Origin: Neodothiora populina
Taxonomy: Eukaryota
DNA: 64,000 nucleotides
Assembly (NCBI RefSeq): GCF_041146345.1
Contig: NW_027191417.1
Span: forward strand, 1,550,001-1,614,000
Reading direction: 5' to 3'
How positions within the stretch are numbered: the stretch's first letter is position 1; each line of letters opens with the position of its first letter. Of the stretch, positions 46,066 through 59,758 are shown one piece after another. Both the position numbers and the translations under genes were made by a program. The notes under the pieces were generated by a model. That model ran no database searches and had not been told where the DNA came from. It saw nothing but the letters and a program-made list of their open reading frames with translations.

Positions 46066-48939
46066 TTTTGATATCGCGCTGTCGGATTGTATTAGTGAGC
46101 GTCGATGCTAGAGAAGGACGAAGGCAGGGCGGCTGTTGTCAAAAGAAAAGTTCTTCGTGCGTCGACTAGGCATGGGATCGACGAAATCGACCTGCTTCAG
46201 GCTTCATTATATATTTCAGAGCTTGCGTCAAGCTTTGAGGAACGGTTCACGGATCTAGCTCGTTTCACTTAATTTGGGTTGACTGAACACCGTGGGAGAG
46301 CGCGGATACGCTTGTTGTGGAGAGTCCAAACAGCAAACCCTGTCGGATGCTGCAGATGCTTACATGATTCGCGATAAAATCTGCCGATGTCCTGAGCACA
46401 GGAGTCACCCGACGCTAATCATTACCTTAGGACGACATGCGCGATGGATGCAGCCGCAAGGCTTTTTTCCACTGCCACAGCAATGCCTTTGAATATCACA
46501 CTCAGTTCCGTAGACTCCGATTGGTTCCGCAAACACTGTGTTTGCACCTTGCCATACCTGAGTTGTGTATCAGGCCATTTCATAATGTTGTTTGAGCACC
46601 CCGGCCGCTGAGCTTTCACGGAAAACTATTCTACAGCCTTCGGACAGAATGTTATTGCTCTTTACATTCCGCCGACAATTCCGACTATGTATTATTGATT
46701 ATCATGAGCCGTTGAAAGACCGAGTGTAGCAGACTTATGGTCCTAATTTAGACACTTCTAGATGACTCTTCCACGCTTCGCGCTGTGCGGGTACTCTCGC
46801 GTTCTGCAAATTCGCACGCTTCGTGTCAGCATACCATAAAGGGGCACACTCGGATATGCTCACGGATATGCTCACCGGCGCCTAAATCAGCATGATAGGT
46901 TCGAGATGGGGTAAAATGTTTCCGAGCTGGCGGACCGTGTAGTACGAGCCCCGACACGTCCGATGCGCCGCTACCATGAAGTGGGTTATCCACTGATGGA
47001 GCGACTTTTCTTCCAGCACCACGCATTCGAAACACGAACCGGTAAGCATACTATTTACAGCCCACGCTGTCTCGATGCCAGTGCCCGACTCAAAGTCGCT
47101 TGAGAAGTGAATGCGTACTGTTACTCCACTGTCTCTGTTTCGGTTTCCCACTGATATCAAGAGTGGGTCGTCCGGAGTATCCATGAAGGCTGGGTTCGCC
47201 TACATTGCCTTTTTCGGAAATGCAGCTTAAATTCAATGTCGTTGCCCATTTGTCTCGCTTTTCCTGTGAGCGTCACACTAGCACATGCAGGGGATATCTA
47301 TCTACCTATGCATGATAGCTGAGACGTGTCGCTTCTACAAGCCTGCATCTGTGCATGCTGTCAGTACGGTCTCCCTGACTACTCCCGGTGTGGCTGTGGG
47401 AATTGTACGTGGTAGAATAAAGATCTTTTCACCGTCTGACTGACCCTTGAGTGGTTTATAGAGGTACGCATGCATCTATTGATCATAGCGCCCATTTTGT
47501 CTTCCGTTATCCGTGGGGTAAGAGGGCCTGAGAAGAAACGCCGCTACTTTTCCCGTGGTTGCTGTTAAGCGACAACTTTAAGCGTACGCCATACTGCATC
47601 GCTGTTCACTTGGAACCATTTCTCTCCGATCTTGCATCACAAGCCTTGTCCGCAGACTCGAGGATACTCCGTCGGAACCGACTATTTGGATCTATGGTTT
47701 CGTGAGATGCACATAGTCTGGCGTTGCTCATCCTTCTCGAGATTGCACTACTTCGGTTGCACGACATTGGGGGGCTGCAATTAGAAGTTTCACCGGTTGT
47801 GGATCCCCTCTCCTATGTATGATCAATTGGGAGCCTCCATATTATAGACAAGGCGATGGTATACTAACATGGCTGCGCCTCATGCTACTGCCTCATGCTA
47901 CTGCGTGATTGATTTATTGCTCCAATGTACGATACAAGTGGCATTCCGAGGTTCGGCAAAAGGCACATCGCCAGTGGGCCATTCTTCCGATCTAAATCTG
48001 CAATATCGACAAGATCAACTTTATATTGGAAAACTTGTGGAACCCTATGGAAAACACCTCGGTTCATAACTATCCTTTGATCGTTGTTTCTCTGATATTT
48101 TCCATGCCTGCCTACACCTCACAACGGCCACATGAGCCCTCCGAGCGAGCCGTCAAGTCGAATTGTAAATCTCCGACAACGTTGCTGCAGTATCGCCTTG
48201 TGCCTGCATAAGAGCACGGTGCTGCAGGCAATAAGATACCACATCACATCCGCGCATTACCATGTGTCTCCAGGAGACTATTTTCCGATACGACCTGATC
48301 TGGCAGGATATGCTTATGAAACGTGCGACCAGGCGATACAACAAGGTCTTGTCCTGAGAATGGCAGATGGAGCTACAGAGATCAGCATGAGATCAATGAA
48401 CGTTCTTGATCAACACGTACAGTACCTTTGCAATCAGGCGGTGATATCCAGCATAGTCGTGGTGCTCAAATTCTACGCAATCGCTGCCAACTATGCACGG
48501 CCCATACCCATTGAGCATACAGGTCATATAATGGTCGCTATTGCTTGAACCCGTATCTACTCCGCGTATCCTTGACAAAGCGCGAACTTCATACCTTTAC
48601 AGTGATCGCTGCAATGGACAATTCGGAAGGTCCGGCTGATGGCCCTAAGCTGACACCTATGAGTAGTGATGCCGGGATGGGCTCCTTGAACTTGAATGTT
48701 GACCGTTAGACAAGAGATACGGCGAGGGAGTTGATTTTACTTGGTATGCGTCTTTTATCAGAGACTCAACAAATGGCAATAGACAGGCATCAGAAGTTCT
48801 CGCCGCTGTCGCTCCGTGTTATATGGCGAATTTTATCACAGCCTCCATGGTGAGTGAGTGTCCATTGAAAGAGCTTCGCGTTCTTGTCGTATCTCAGTAC
48901 ATACTAGATCGCAAATCGCCATAGATGCTACGATGCCAG

Positions 48940-50105
48940 CTATGACCGAGCTTTCTCCTTGTAAGATCTGTTGTAAACGTCCTGATAGCACTGAGATAAG
49001 GAGTAACAGCTAAAGACAGTTAATACCACGGCTCCAACCTCGCTTGAAGTAGAATATGCTTACTTGACTGCCTCTTGTCCAAACATGATATGCCACATAT
49101 ACTCGAACACCCTCCCACTAATCGAATCTTCCAGGTCTGTTGCCATCAGCCACTGATGAGCGCGCATGTACAACACCCTTGGCCTCTCTAGCACCTGTTC
49201 TCGAGAAACAGCAAATTGGGCGCAGCTCGGAGTGCCGATAATTGTTGGTACCTCATCATTCTCAAAGATATGTCGCCAAGCAGCCGCATAGACCTTTTCG
49301 GCCTCACAATGATCATCGCAAAGGCCCTGGCTATGCTGCCTGAAAGGCTGCAGTTCATCTGGGCATCCTGGGGTTGCTATGCAACATAAGTTGGTGTAGC
49401 CGTTCCTCTGGACGAAGTCGATGTTCAATGAATTCAGGCTTTGTGCGTTCGAATGGTCTTTGGCATCCGTATGCCAGGCTCGGGGGTAGCCGTCCTCGTG
49501 GCTATGCACAAAAGCAATAGTCACAGGAAGACGGTCGTAGTTATCGATGATATAGGTAAGGTACACGTTCGCTTCGCGACCTTTGTTTGCAGCCGTGTGC
49601 AGCGGCATCGTAGTATTCTCGACGTGGTATACCGCGGGGTGCCAGCTACACGTTTGTGATAAGTACTTTGACTTGACATGTATCGTCGAACGTACTTCGT
49701 CAATTTGTCAACCCATGCAGTGTCCTCGCTTTCCAGCGTACCGATAACCACAGTCTTGTCATAGGTGACATCCTGGGACATAGTTGTGGGTGATGCAGCA
49801 GCTGGTGCTCCTACCAATGTGCTGCTGCTTCTCAATGCCGAGAGAATAGGTTCTGATTCAGAGTTCTCATTCACTTCGGGCACTTGATCTACACCTAATC
49901 TAGACATGCCGTGATCTAGTGCATCTTGGAAGGACACCAAGTTGAGTCCAGAAATTTGAGGCCATATCTTCGCCGTCGGAAGTGCCTCATAATGTATCAA
50001 TGCCCATAGCAAGCCTGCAAAGGACACTTCAAGAAGTATTCGCGCAATTGGCTTCATCAACTTCTTGATTCGGACCAAAGATAGAAAGGGCGTCGCCATG
50101 GACAT
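48940..50105 (-). CDS. DUF3431-family membrane-anchored protein; 3 exons; start codon uncertain (50216, 50105 or 50099)
   Basis: EDTAWV, NKGREANVYLTYIIDNYDRLP, FVHSH...AWHTD, CAQFAVSREQV..RP, SGRVFEYMWHIMFG; introns 49646-49695 and 49010-49063 join the ORFs in frame. Confidence 0.85.
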
Positions 50106-51601
50106 CACAATACCGTGGGAATGGGAAAGACTCATAGCTAAACCACGGAGGTCGCAGACGGAATATATCAGCATTGCAGGAAGAACTTGAGTCTTCCAAG
50201 ATAGTGCTACCTCCATCAGGCTCGCTTTCCCGTATATGAAGCTACATTTATCTCTATCGTAGAGGTCGTCAACACCAGACGATAATGAACCAATCCAAGA
50301 GCGTTCTTGTGATTAATGTCATTGGGGGCTTTCCGAAATGCCCCGCGGTAAATACTCTTGGTAGCCGCCTGGTACAGATGATAGCATGAGCATTGTCTAT
50401 TCCTTCCCTGGATATATTGGAAACGGATGAAGACCAAGCGCTAAAGCTGACTGAAGAGCCTTTTTGACTTACTCGGCAGAGTAGTGGCATACCAACATTG
50501 ACTGGTTTAAGCGCCCGCAAGCTTCTGTATTAATCGCTGTTCAAATACAGGATACCCAGCAGATCGGTAAGGATAATCTGACGGGCCTGCCATTATCTCG
50601 AAAAGTCCGAATAGTGTGATGGCAGGGCGCTTATGAGTGTGCTACTAGACTTGCACATATTGGATCGCCAACACCGTAGACTTGAAGTGCTAGAAGTGAG
50701 AAGGTGTTGTATGCTTGAGGTGAGTTACGTCTCCATACAGTAGCGCCTGAAGTGGATTCTTGGCATAGCGTTACCTCTGCCGTAAAGTAATTCGCGCCCG
50801 CTCGATTTGACATACGCAAACAAGAGACACTACTACAATTGGAAAAATTGTGTCATGCGCTGTGTGACACATGAGATCAGAGGATAGATCAGGGTACAGC
50901 AGGATGCTTGCATGCCTGCCAGGGAATTTTCGGGCAGAGATTTCTCAGTACTCATGTCCGGAGCGAAGCAGCGAAATGTGACATATTACGAACACCACAA
51001 TGCAGAGTAAGGTATCGTTGAGCACCTGTCGACACTAATAGTACAGTATAGAAGATTGTCGCTTAAGGTCCGAGGGGCAAATAGCGCAGATCACCATCAC
51101 ATCGAGTCTTTGCATCGGAGAAAATCGACGACATCAGCGATTCACTGTACTGAAGTACAGGTACACGATGTGAAGGCGTTCACAAGTGGAGTAGGAACCA
51201 GGACCGGAGCGCATTATTGTAAGCACGATGGAGTCGTTTCCCCAATGAGTGACGACAAAATATGTACGCACTGTTCTTATTGAGGCTCGGAGATCATTTC
51301 ATCAAAAGGCAGAAACTCGGTGGGTGAGATAGTGGGGTGTGTATGGAAATGTGACGGTGATGTGACGTATGATTTACCAGCAACCACGATGCTATACAAA
51401 AAGTGTTCGTGAGAACTCCTCAAGTACTTTTATAATCCATTCACATTTTCAGAGATATTCAGAAGCTACTCTTCATCAAAAGCACTCTAAAACACATCCA
51501 AATCTCATCCACTTTCTCAGAAAGGTTTGTTTCCAGATAAGTTATACTCTCAAGCTAGACGCTATACTAAACTTTATATTTAGAAATCTACGTATATCAA
51601 A

Positions 51602-52072
51602 ATGTCCGGCACCGAGCAAACTTTCCACTACACCAAGGAGGACGTCCGCAGAATGGAGCAGAAGGAGTCCGCAGCACACGGCGGTCAAGTTCCCGCAGAC
51701 TCAGCCGCTGCCGCCATTCAGTCTGTTGTAGACCAGGCAGACAAGGATAAGGCTCAGATCATTGACGAGCGCAAATCCAACCTTCCTCTTCCCGAGCAGC
51801 CTCCCGTTGCATCTGACTTCAACTCTGCCGATGCATCGACCGTCAACGTTGGTTCCGGCCGCTTCGAGGAGCCCATCTCCAAGGGCAACGGCGGACTCCG
51901 TGAGCCCGCCGCCGGCGACAGCGCTGTTCGCACTGATGGTGCTGCCAACGGTGTCAACACTCTCGGCCAGGGTGTCGGTCGTGAGGGTGCTGACGGCCTC
52001 AATGGCCTCCCTAACGACGCTGTCACGAGGGAAGCCAAGGGCAAGGCTGGTCTTGCCAACACCACCAACTAA
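51602..52072 (+). CDS. Small hydrophilic protein with SMP/LEA-like N-terminal motif (putative spore/stress protein); probable 5'-UTR intron 51525-51583
   Basis: 156 aa, Gly/Ala/charged-rich, no Cys/Trp; TKEDVRRMEQKESAAHGGQVPADSAAAAIQS resembles fungal seed-maturation-protein repeats; strong codon bias and AAAATG context. Confidence 0.75.
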   Translation: MSGTEQTFHYTKEDVRRMEQKESAAHGGQVPADSAAAAIQSVVDQADKDKAQIIDERKSNLPLPEQPPVASDFNSADASTVNVGSGRFEEPISKGNGGLREPAAGDSAVRTDGAANGVNTLGQGVGREGADGLNGLPNDAVTREAKGKAGLANTTN

Positions 52073-53193
52073 GAAGCACGATGAAATGTCTGAAGAATGA
52101 TTCGTCATCGGATCTGTGATGGAGCTGGACTCCTCTATCCTTCTTACAGTCACAAGCATGGCATCTATGCCGACTGGCTTTCTCTGCAAAGTTCTTCCTT
52201 CGTACGCGACTTGGATTGGACGTATGCATTTGGATGAGGCATGATTCAAAAACGAACAAGTCTGCGAAAGAGCGCGCAGCATTTCAATGGAGTTAGGTCT
52301 CATCTATGAGATTAGTGATATTCACTACGAATGAAAATAATAACATTCAAGATACCACCACAATTGTGTCGACTATACGTTTATCCCTTCCATGAGCAGT
52401 GACCTTCGATTATAGCATGTTGTACATAACGCAGCATGGATATGCCATAATCAAGCTCGTCGATCATGGTCTCGCCATCGACACGAGGCAGTTTCGACCA
52501 TTGATACATGCGGAAATGCATTCTCGTGACTTTGTCTTACACCCAAGAGCGAATACATGTCCAACATCAAGAAATATGTAACACCTCGGTTGGCTTTAGT
52601 TGCCTTGCCCCACACTATACAGTGACTGCAACTGTACTTAGCTAATTCGGCCCTATCCTCGTACAAGCAATACATGACAACCCTTCAACGATGCGGAGCT
52701 TATGCCGTTCCACTGAACTGCATTCCCCGGAAAAGGTCCGACGTTGATGCTGGAGGGATTGAACAAGGCAAAGACCAGGAAAACATTTTGTGGAAACAGA
52801 ACCCCCCACTTCTTATCGATAAGGTAAGATACGAGCATACTTATGACGTACATGCTGTGCCCATCCCTTCCTCAAGGAGGAGCTTCACAGCTGAAAGCTC
52901 CCACAATTGGTCCTAGTGGACCTATGACAACCTCGGGATCCTGGCATAATCGCCGTCGGATGATGTAGTAGTGATGCGCGTACCCAGAACATACCGTAGC
53001 TAAGCTGAGCAAGACAAGTGGGTACCGAGTCCATCTCATAGAGGACAAAACGAGGGGAGCTCTTCTCTTGCGTCTGTAACACTCACATATCAAACATATC
53101 TACCTCTGTACTCTCTATCACTGTTCGCAAGTCAAACATAGAACCTATATCATAAATCTATTGCCTCCAAGCAGCGCAAACAAGTACATCATC

Positions 53194-53850
53194 ATGTCGA
53201 CTTCAGCGGGCACCAAGGTCACCAAGGACCCTCAAGCTCTCAATGACCCAAAGGTCGAGAAGCCTGGAACCGTCACATCTGACTCTCTCGCTGGAGAATC
53301 GGCAAAGTCAGGCGGAGACTTTGCCAGCAACACAAACCCCAGTGTTCTCAACCAGCCCTCGAGCTCAACAACGAGCAACACGACAGACATTTCCGGCGCC
53401 ACGGTGCTGGACGCCGCTCCCGACGCCGAAGCTCGTCAAGCGCAAGAGAGCTGGTCCGAGACATCTCAACTGAATGCTGGCATCGGTCTGGGAAAGACAG
53501 CAGGCCGCGGCCCAACATGGGCTCCTGGCGCTCCTGCACCGGGCGACGGCTCATACAACACGACGACAGGCAGCGGAGCCAACGTCGGCGCCGCACCGTC
53601 TTATGTAAACGCTGGCGGCGCGACGGGCGGACCTCACGGCAAGAACTTGACCGAGGGTGGCTTCGACAGCGACGGACCTAATGCAAGCTTCAACAACGAC
53701 ATCGGTGGCAAGAATGATCCTGGCCGTGCTGCACTTGGTAACTTTCAGACGAGAGCTGCCGAGCCCATCGAGGATGCTGGTATGGGAGACAAGAACAAAG
53801 GCGCCGTGAGCAACTCGTTTGATGCACTTGGTGGCGAGACTTCGTCTTGA
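53194..53850 (+). CDS. Gly/Ser/Thr/Asn-rich hydrophilic protein of unknown function (conserved fungal hypothetical type)
   Basis: 218-aa ORF from ATG 53194 (ATCATG context), C/G-biased codons; motifs GTVTSDSLAGES..GGDF, APSYV, PHGKNLTEGGFD...NASFNNDIGGKNDPGRAA. Confidence 0.8.
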   Translation: MSTSAGTKVTKDPQALNDPKVEKPGTVTSDSLAGESAKSGGDFASNTNPSVLNQPSSSTTSNTTDISGATVLDAAPDAEARQAQESWSETSQLNAGIGLGKTAGRGPTWAPGAPAPGDGSYNTTTGSGANVGAAPSYVNAGGATGGPHGKNLTEGGFDSDGPNASFNNDIGGKNDPGRAALGNFQTRAAEPIEDAGMGDKNKGAVSNSFDALGGETSS

Positions 53851-54193
53851 GCAAGGGCTCGAGTTGTCAAACGTCTAGGAGGATGTAATGAAACATGACC
53901 GTCATGATTTGTTTTTGTTTATGCACTATGGCGATGGCGGTTGTCTACATGACTGTATCATAAGCATCTTATATACCAGCAACCGACACAGCATATTTGC
54001 ATGCCAACACAATATAGCAGTTGGCTTCAGGTTGTCAAGATTGTATGGTTTGTGACATCAGAACAAGTAAAGTGAAGCTGCCTCGGGCCGATCTTATCTC
54101 CGTAAATCCATCGCATCAAGTTCACAACTCAAGTTTCAGGACAAGTCACCAACATTTGATCCAACATCCATTACCCCAACCCAAAAACACACA

Positions 54194-54574
54194 ATGGCAG
54201 CAACATTACCAGCACCCAGAGCGGCATCATCCTCAATCCGCAGAACTTCGCCGTCCCCGCACCCCAGCACACCAGAAAGCCTAAGCATCGATCTCTCCCG
54301 ACTGCTCTCCCGACTAGAAACCCAACTGCTCACATCTTCCTCGGGAACCTCGGCGCTCCTCACACACTCGGCCTACGACCGCGCGCGAATCGGCACGAAT
54401 ATAGAGTACGCGCGCACGCTGCTGCTGCGGCTCGAACACGCGTCCACGGGGATCAAGACCGGGAGCCGCAAAGCTGCTGCTCAGGATGATCTGGCTGGGA
54501 AGCGCGACTTGATCAAGAGGTTGAATCAGAGGTTGTTGGAGCTGAATGAGTTGGACAGCGATGATGAGGATTCT

Positions 54575-54612
<38 letters not shown>

Positions 54613-55219
54613 TTCAGAAGACGAAGAGGACGAGGATGGACGAGGAGCCAGAAAGGAGAATGCTCCGAGGGAGTTTGCACCCGCGCAACAGGCGAATGGG
54701 GGCTTGGACATCGATCCGTTGATCACGGCGGGACTGAAAGGGTTACCGACAGCTACTACTGCTACAGCCGGAGGAGCAGAAGGGCTACGAGCACGCGCCA
54801 CACCATCGATGCAAGAAACGAACAGAGAGCAAGCGACAAAAGCAACGACAACAGCTCTGTTCGGCAACCGTCGAGAAGAATCACCAAAAACCAACACCAC
54901 AACAGCGATACTTGAATCCTCGGACCGCGACCAAGCCCTTCTGACTTCCTCACTCGTCTCCCTCGCAGCATCTCTCAAGTCCTCGTCTCTGACCTTCCAG
55001 CAATCCCTCGCCGCGGAAAAGGAAGTCCTGGCGCGCGCAGAGTCGGGTCTATCCAAAAACGAATTGGGCATGGAGAGCGCAGGCCGCAGAATGGGCACGC
55101 TGAGGAAAATGACCGAAGGCCAGGGCTGGTGGGGCAGGATTAAATTATATGCCATCATTGGCGCGCTCTGGCTCGTTTGTTTCCTGCTTGTTTTCGTAGG
55201 GCCCAAGTTGCGGTTTTGA
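54194..55219 (+). CDS. USE1: ER Qc-SNARE Use1/Slt1-like tail-anchored protein
   Basis: N-terminal LSRLLSRLE, NIEYARTLLLRLE; SNARE helix QALLTSSLVSLAASLKSSSLTFQQSLAAEKEVLARA...MESAGRRM; C-terminal TM ending VGPKLRF. Confidence 0.82.
54575..54610 (+). repeat. (TCG)12 coding microsatellite giving poly-Ser in USE1 linker
   Basis: Direct observation. Confidence 0.9.
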
Positions 55220-56757
55220 GCTGCTTTTGGAGTGTTCATCACTTAATTATTGATGACTCTCAACTCTTCATCTTGACTGTATTATCTACACCTTTTCTCC
55301 TCTCGAGTACCCTATATCGAGAAGCAAATAAAAACACGAACGAGAAAATGCTCCAGTTCATCACATTGAAATACCTGTCTACTGTACCAAACCATTCTCA
55401 TGAGCACATCACTGAAACCGACAAAACAGGAAACCGTCTGCCAAGAAACTCTTCTCCCCGTCAAGTCCAACAACACCGAATCAAGAACCCAAGCACGACA
55501 GACTCAATCACAACCCACCTCATGACCTCCCAGGAAAACCCAAACAAGAATGAAAAGGCAATAGAACGGCAAGATAGACTTCCAGCGCCTTCGTCAAAGA
55601 CCATGGCCAGAATCACGACGACCATACCATGCTTTACCTAAGAGGTACCTACAGTACATACAGTACCTGAGATAATGTACCGTGTGCACATCACCCTGCA
55701 TCACCAACCTAATCGTCCATCGCACTCGATGAACGAATGAACAAACAAATGACCGAACGAGTAACCGAACGATCGAACAAGACTCGAGAAGGTCTCACAG
55801 CGTCCCCCACACACACAGGAAATAAGGGACCTTGAGTGTGCAACCTCCATCAGGTTTCACAGCACAAAAAGTCCCACGATATCCACACAAACAAACAGTA
55901 CAAACACTCTGCACGAATCTAGATGCTGACGCACACCACCACCCGAACCACTCTCGAGTCTGTGCCGCTCCGGTGTTCCACGATCTGGAACCTTTTTGTC
56001 AATGTTCCGTTTCGGTCCCGTTTTTTTATTTTCCTAAAAAATGGATCTCGTTGGATCTGAGTAGAACAATGTTTGTTCGGACGTCAATCGATCATGGCAA
56101 AAAGAAAACCAAGTCTAGACGTCAGATGGTCAAAAGATTAAATTGACGTGGACGACTGCTGTACTGCTGTAAGGTGAGGTACCTTACCTTCCTGTACTGT
56201 ACCACCATCGCCGAGGACAAGACGCACTACACGACGCAAAAGCTTATCCGCCGCGGACCGATGATACTTTGCACATTACACTGTTTGCGATGCGATGAAA
56301 CTACAACGACCCGCGTCGAGGCGAATAATGAAAACAACACAACAGCATGGAGATGAGACACTGCAAACGAAACCCAAGACACGAAACGAGGGCAAAGTGT
56401 TGTGAATGTGAATAAAATTGGAGATTGCAGACATGTCTATTGAACATAGTCTATCCGGGATCAAGTCCATCTCGCGATGCAAGTAGAAGTATACTTTTTC
56501 ATCTGGATTAAACCTCCTGTTACCACCACCCCACCCCTTTGAGAGAGAAAATGCTATACCATAAAAAGACTGACCCGCCATTTCTTCGTTCCGCGTGTCT
56601 TGATATCAACATGTAGTGGTAGTAGCAACAACGCCGTCGCCGCCGCTCCGTCCGGGTTTCGGAAGAGTCAAGGAAGAAAGAACCGTATATACAAAGACAT
56701 TTCGTCTTGTCATATCATTTCAACAGATTATCGTCGTCAAATGAGATCGCCTACGCT

Positions 56758-58529
56758 CTAGTAGATGGAGCCCTTGCGCTCGACATCCTGGATGAGCTCG
56801 ACGTCAAGCTTTCCGGGCTCGTTGGTCGACATCTCGGAAGCAAAGGTCTTGTGGGGCTTCCACTTGGAAGAGTTGCGGGGAGTGGTCTCCTCCATCATCT
56901 TGTCGACTTGCTCGAGAGAAAGACCCTTAGTCTCGGGAACGAGGAAGTAGGCGTAGACGAAGGCACAGGTGCAGAGACCGCCCCACACGAAGAAGACGGA
57001 CGACTTCAGGTTGCCGTAGTCGCTGCCGACCATGTAAGGGGTAATGACAGCGATGATGGTGTTCCACAACCAGTTGGAGGCGGTGGAGAGAGCAACACCG
57101 CGCGAACGGATGGGAAGAGGGAAGATCTCGCCGATGAGAACCCAAGCGCCAGGACCCCAGGTGGAGGCGAAGAAGAAGATGAAGATGGCAATGAATGCAA
57201 TCTGGGCGTTGACAGCGGCGACGTTGTCGGCAATTGGGTCACCGTTGGCGTCGGGGTGGGTGTGGTTGAATCCGACAGTGACACCGATGATGGCAACGAG
57301 GAACTGGCAGATCAACATACCGAAGGCACCCCAGACGAGGAGAGGACGACGACCGAACTTCTCAACAGTGTAGAAGGAGATGGGGGTAGAGCAGACGTTG
57401 ACGAGAGTGAAGATGAGCGAGATCAAGAAGGTGTTGCTGATAGCACCGGTAGACTTGAGGAAGGGAGTGGAGTAGTAGAAGATGAAGTTAACACCGGTCC
57501 ACTGTTGCATCATCTGGAGAGAGGTTCCGAGAATGGTACGGCGGATGGCGGACTTCTGCTGCCAGAGAGAACCCTTGAAGCAGTTGAGCCAGGAGCTGGC
57601 CCAGCCGGAAGAGGGAATAGCAATGCGCTCGTACTCCTCGTTGGCGACGATTTCAGAAAGCTCAGCCTCGATGTACTCGGAGTCCTCAGGCTGACCGCGT
57701 AGTCTGCAAAGGGCATTACGGGCAGCATCGACTCTACCTCTCTTGACGAAGTAGCGAGGGGAGTCAGGGAGGAAGAAGAGACCAGTGGCAAGAATGAGAC
57801 CCCAGGCAAATTGGATAGCGATGGGGATACGGTAACCACCGCTGTCAGTGCGGTCCTGGACGGCATAGTCGACGCAGGATGCGAGCAAAAGACCGAGAGT
57901 AATGGCGAATTGGTAACCAGACACCAAAGCTCCACGAACCTTCTTGGGGCACTATTTTGTCCGTTAGACTATGCTGAGAGACAAGCCAGGAGTTGAGTTT
58001 ACTTACGATTTCAGACATGTAAAGGATGACAATGGCAGACTCGAAACCGACTCCGAGACCAGCAATGAGACGACCAGCAACGATAAGACCAAGACCATTG
58101 GTAGCAGTCTGGAGAATAACACCGATGATGTAGATACCGCAGCCGATAATGACAGTAGGACGACGACCGATCATCTCGGCTACATCACCGGCGATGAGAG
58201 CACCGAAGAAGGTACCAGCGGACAAGATAGCAGTAATAAGAGAAGTGTTGGAAGAAGTCAACTCAGTGGCATTGCCACCCTGGACGACATGAATGAACTC
58301 GGATGAACCAAGGACACCGTTGATGTATCCAGAGTCATATCCGAAGAAGATACCTGAAGAAGAACCAAAGTCAGCAAGGTTGCCCGCATCGACACAGATG
58401 GCGACGATGATGTTGCATACCTCCAAAGGAAGCAAAGGCACAGATGAGGTAGGCCTTCCAGGTGACTGGAGCCTCGATGCGGTTGACATCGTCAGTGGTA
58501 GCGAGACCAGTAACTGCTCCGCCTGGCAT
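56758..58529 (-). CDS. MFS sugar porter, MstA-like high-affinity monosaccharide/H+ symporter; 3 exons
   Basis: MPGGAVTG...NRIEAPVTWKAYLICAFASFGGIFFGYDSGYING, GRR loops, YMSEICPKKVRG, PDSPRY, QQWTGVNFIFYY, WGPGAWVLIGEIFPLPIRSRG, PETKGLSLEQVD; introns 58354-58420 and 57952-58006; TATA at 58604-58611. Confidence 0.95.
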
Positions 58530-59758
58530 GATTGCGGTGTTACTGAATGATCGAAGTTGTGAAAGTGGGATGATGAGAAGAGGGAAAGAGCGACCATGCC
58601 CAGCTATATAAACTGCCGCAACATCGACTAGATTTCGAGGGGGCCCGCATCGATCGCTGTGGATTTGTGGGTAACTCCGCTAGTGAACGGGGCCTGTACT
58701 TGCGTTTGGGGTCTCGACAACATGCGCCGGTACCAAAGTTTTGGAATACACGCCAGCCGAAACCTTGAATTGCATTACTTATTCCGCGCCAAATACACAC
58801 TAACGAACCGTGCCCTCACCTAGATGGGTCATGCACTCAGCGACTTGGTCTCAAATCCTCTCGCTTCGTTCTCGTAATTCTAGAGCCCGCCGTAATCGGA
58901 TCCCCCAGACCTCGAACATTATTTTGATTTTGCATGGGGTTGGTGATCCTCTGCGAGTGAGGCGGATACACTTTGGTTCCTGGAAACAAGAAGTGCTGAC
59001 CGATCTAGGCACAAAGATCAAGCACCGGAAACTTACTGCTTCAGGTAAAATGCAATTGCACCGGCTAATGCCAAGAGGGTACCGTTGCCGTCTTACCATG
59101 CCACCCAAGTTCCGTGATCACGACTATTTTGGTATACGAATGCAGCGCAAACCGAAGTCACTTATTTTTTTCGGATATAGATCAAAAGCATGCAAGCACA
59201 TGTTCATCCGCAGCCTCCCAGGCAAAGCGTGGAGCAACAACGCATGGAGGCGCCAGCCACCTTGTCCTCGGATGGCAGAGACGGCATGAGTGACCGACCA
59301 TTAGGGCCGAAGAGGATTGGATGCGACGTTTGTGGTCAGCGTAAACTTACCCACAATATTAGCTTCCGAGTCCTTTTTCTGTTGCTAAGGGCGGCTGCAC
59401 CAAAGTAGTATGGGGGCACTGTTCATCTCGCATTCGGCCATGGCTCCATCTCAGAAAAAGTGGGGGCGAATGGAAGAGTCGCGAAGGACGTTGGTGTTCT
59501 GCAATAATGTCTTTGACTCCATCTAGGTTAATTCGAGTCCGGAAGATAGATGAGCTGGGAGCCAAACTTCAGTCATTTGAGATCATATCGTCATCTTCTA
59601 GGCATTCTAAACGCACAAGCTTATTTCCAACGCAGAAGCACATCATTCCGTGTAAGCAAAATCGATTTAGTCAATGTACTTGTGTCTGGATCTCCTCAAA
59701 TGATACAAATGACATTTTACGGCCGGCAGCAGGTTGGAGTACCGTCGCTGAGGAGAAG

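Noticed and set aside
54526..55242. 238-aa antisense ORF with poly-Asp
   Set aside because: Shadow of USE1 and its TCG repeat
56707..57702. 331-aa antisense ORF over the sugar transporter
   Set aside because: Typical stop-free antisense frame of a strongly C-ending codon-biased gene
58595..58597. Upstream ATG (ORF 57845-58597) as uORF or start of the transporter
   Set aside because: Lies 7 nt downstream of the TATA box, so probably upstream of the TSS; conserved N-terminus begins at 58529
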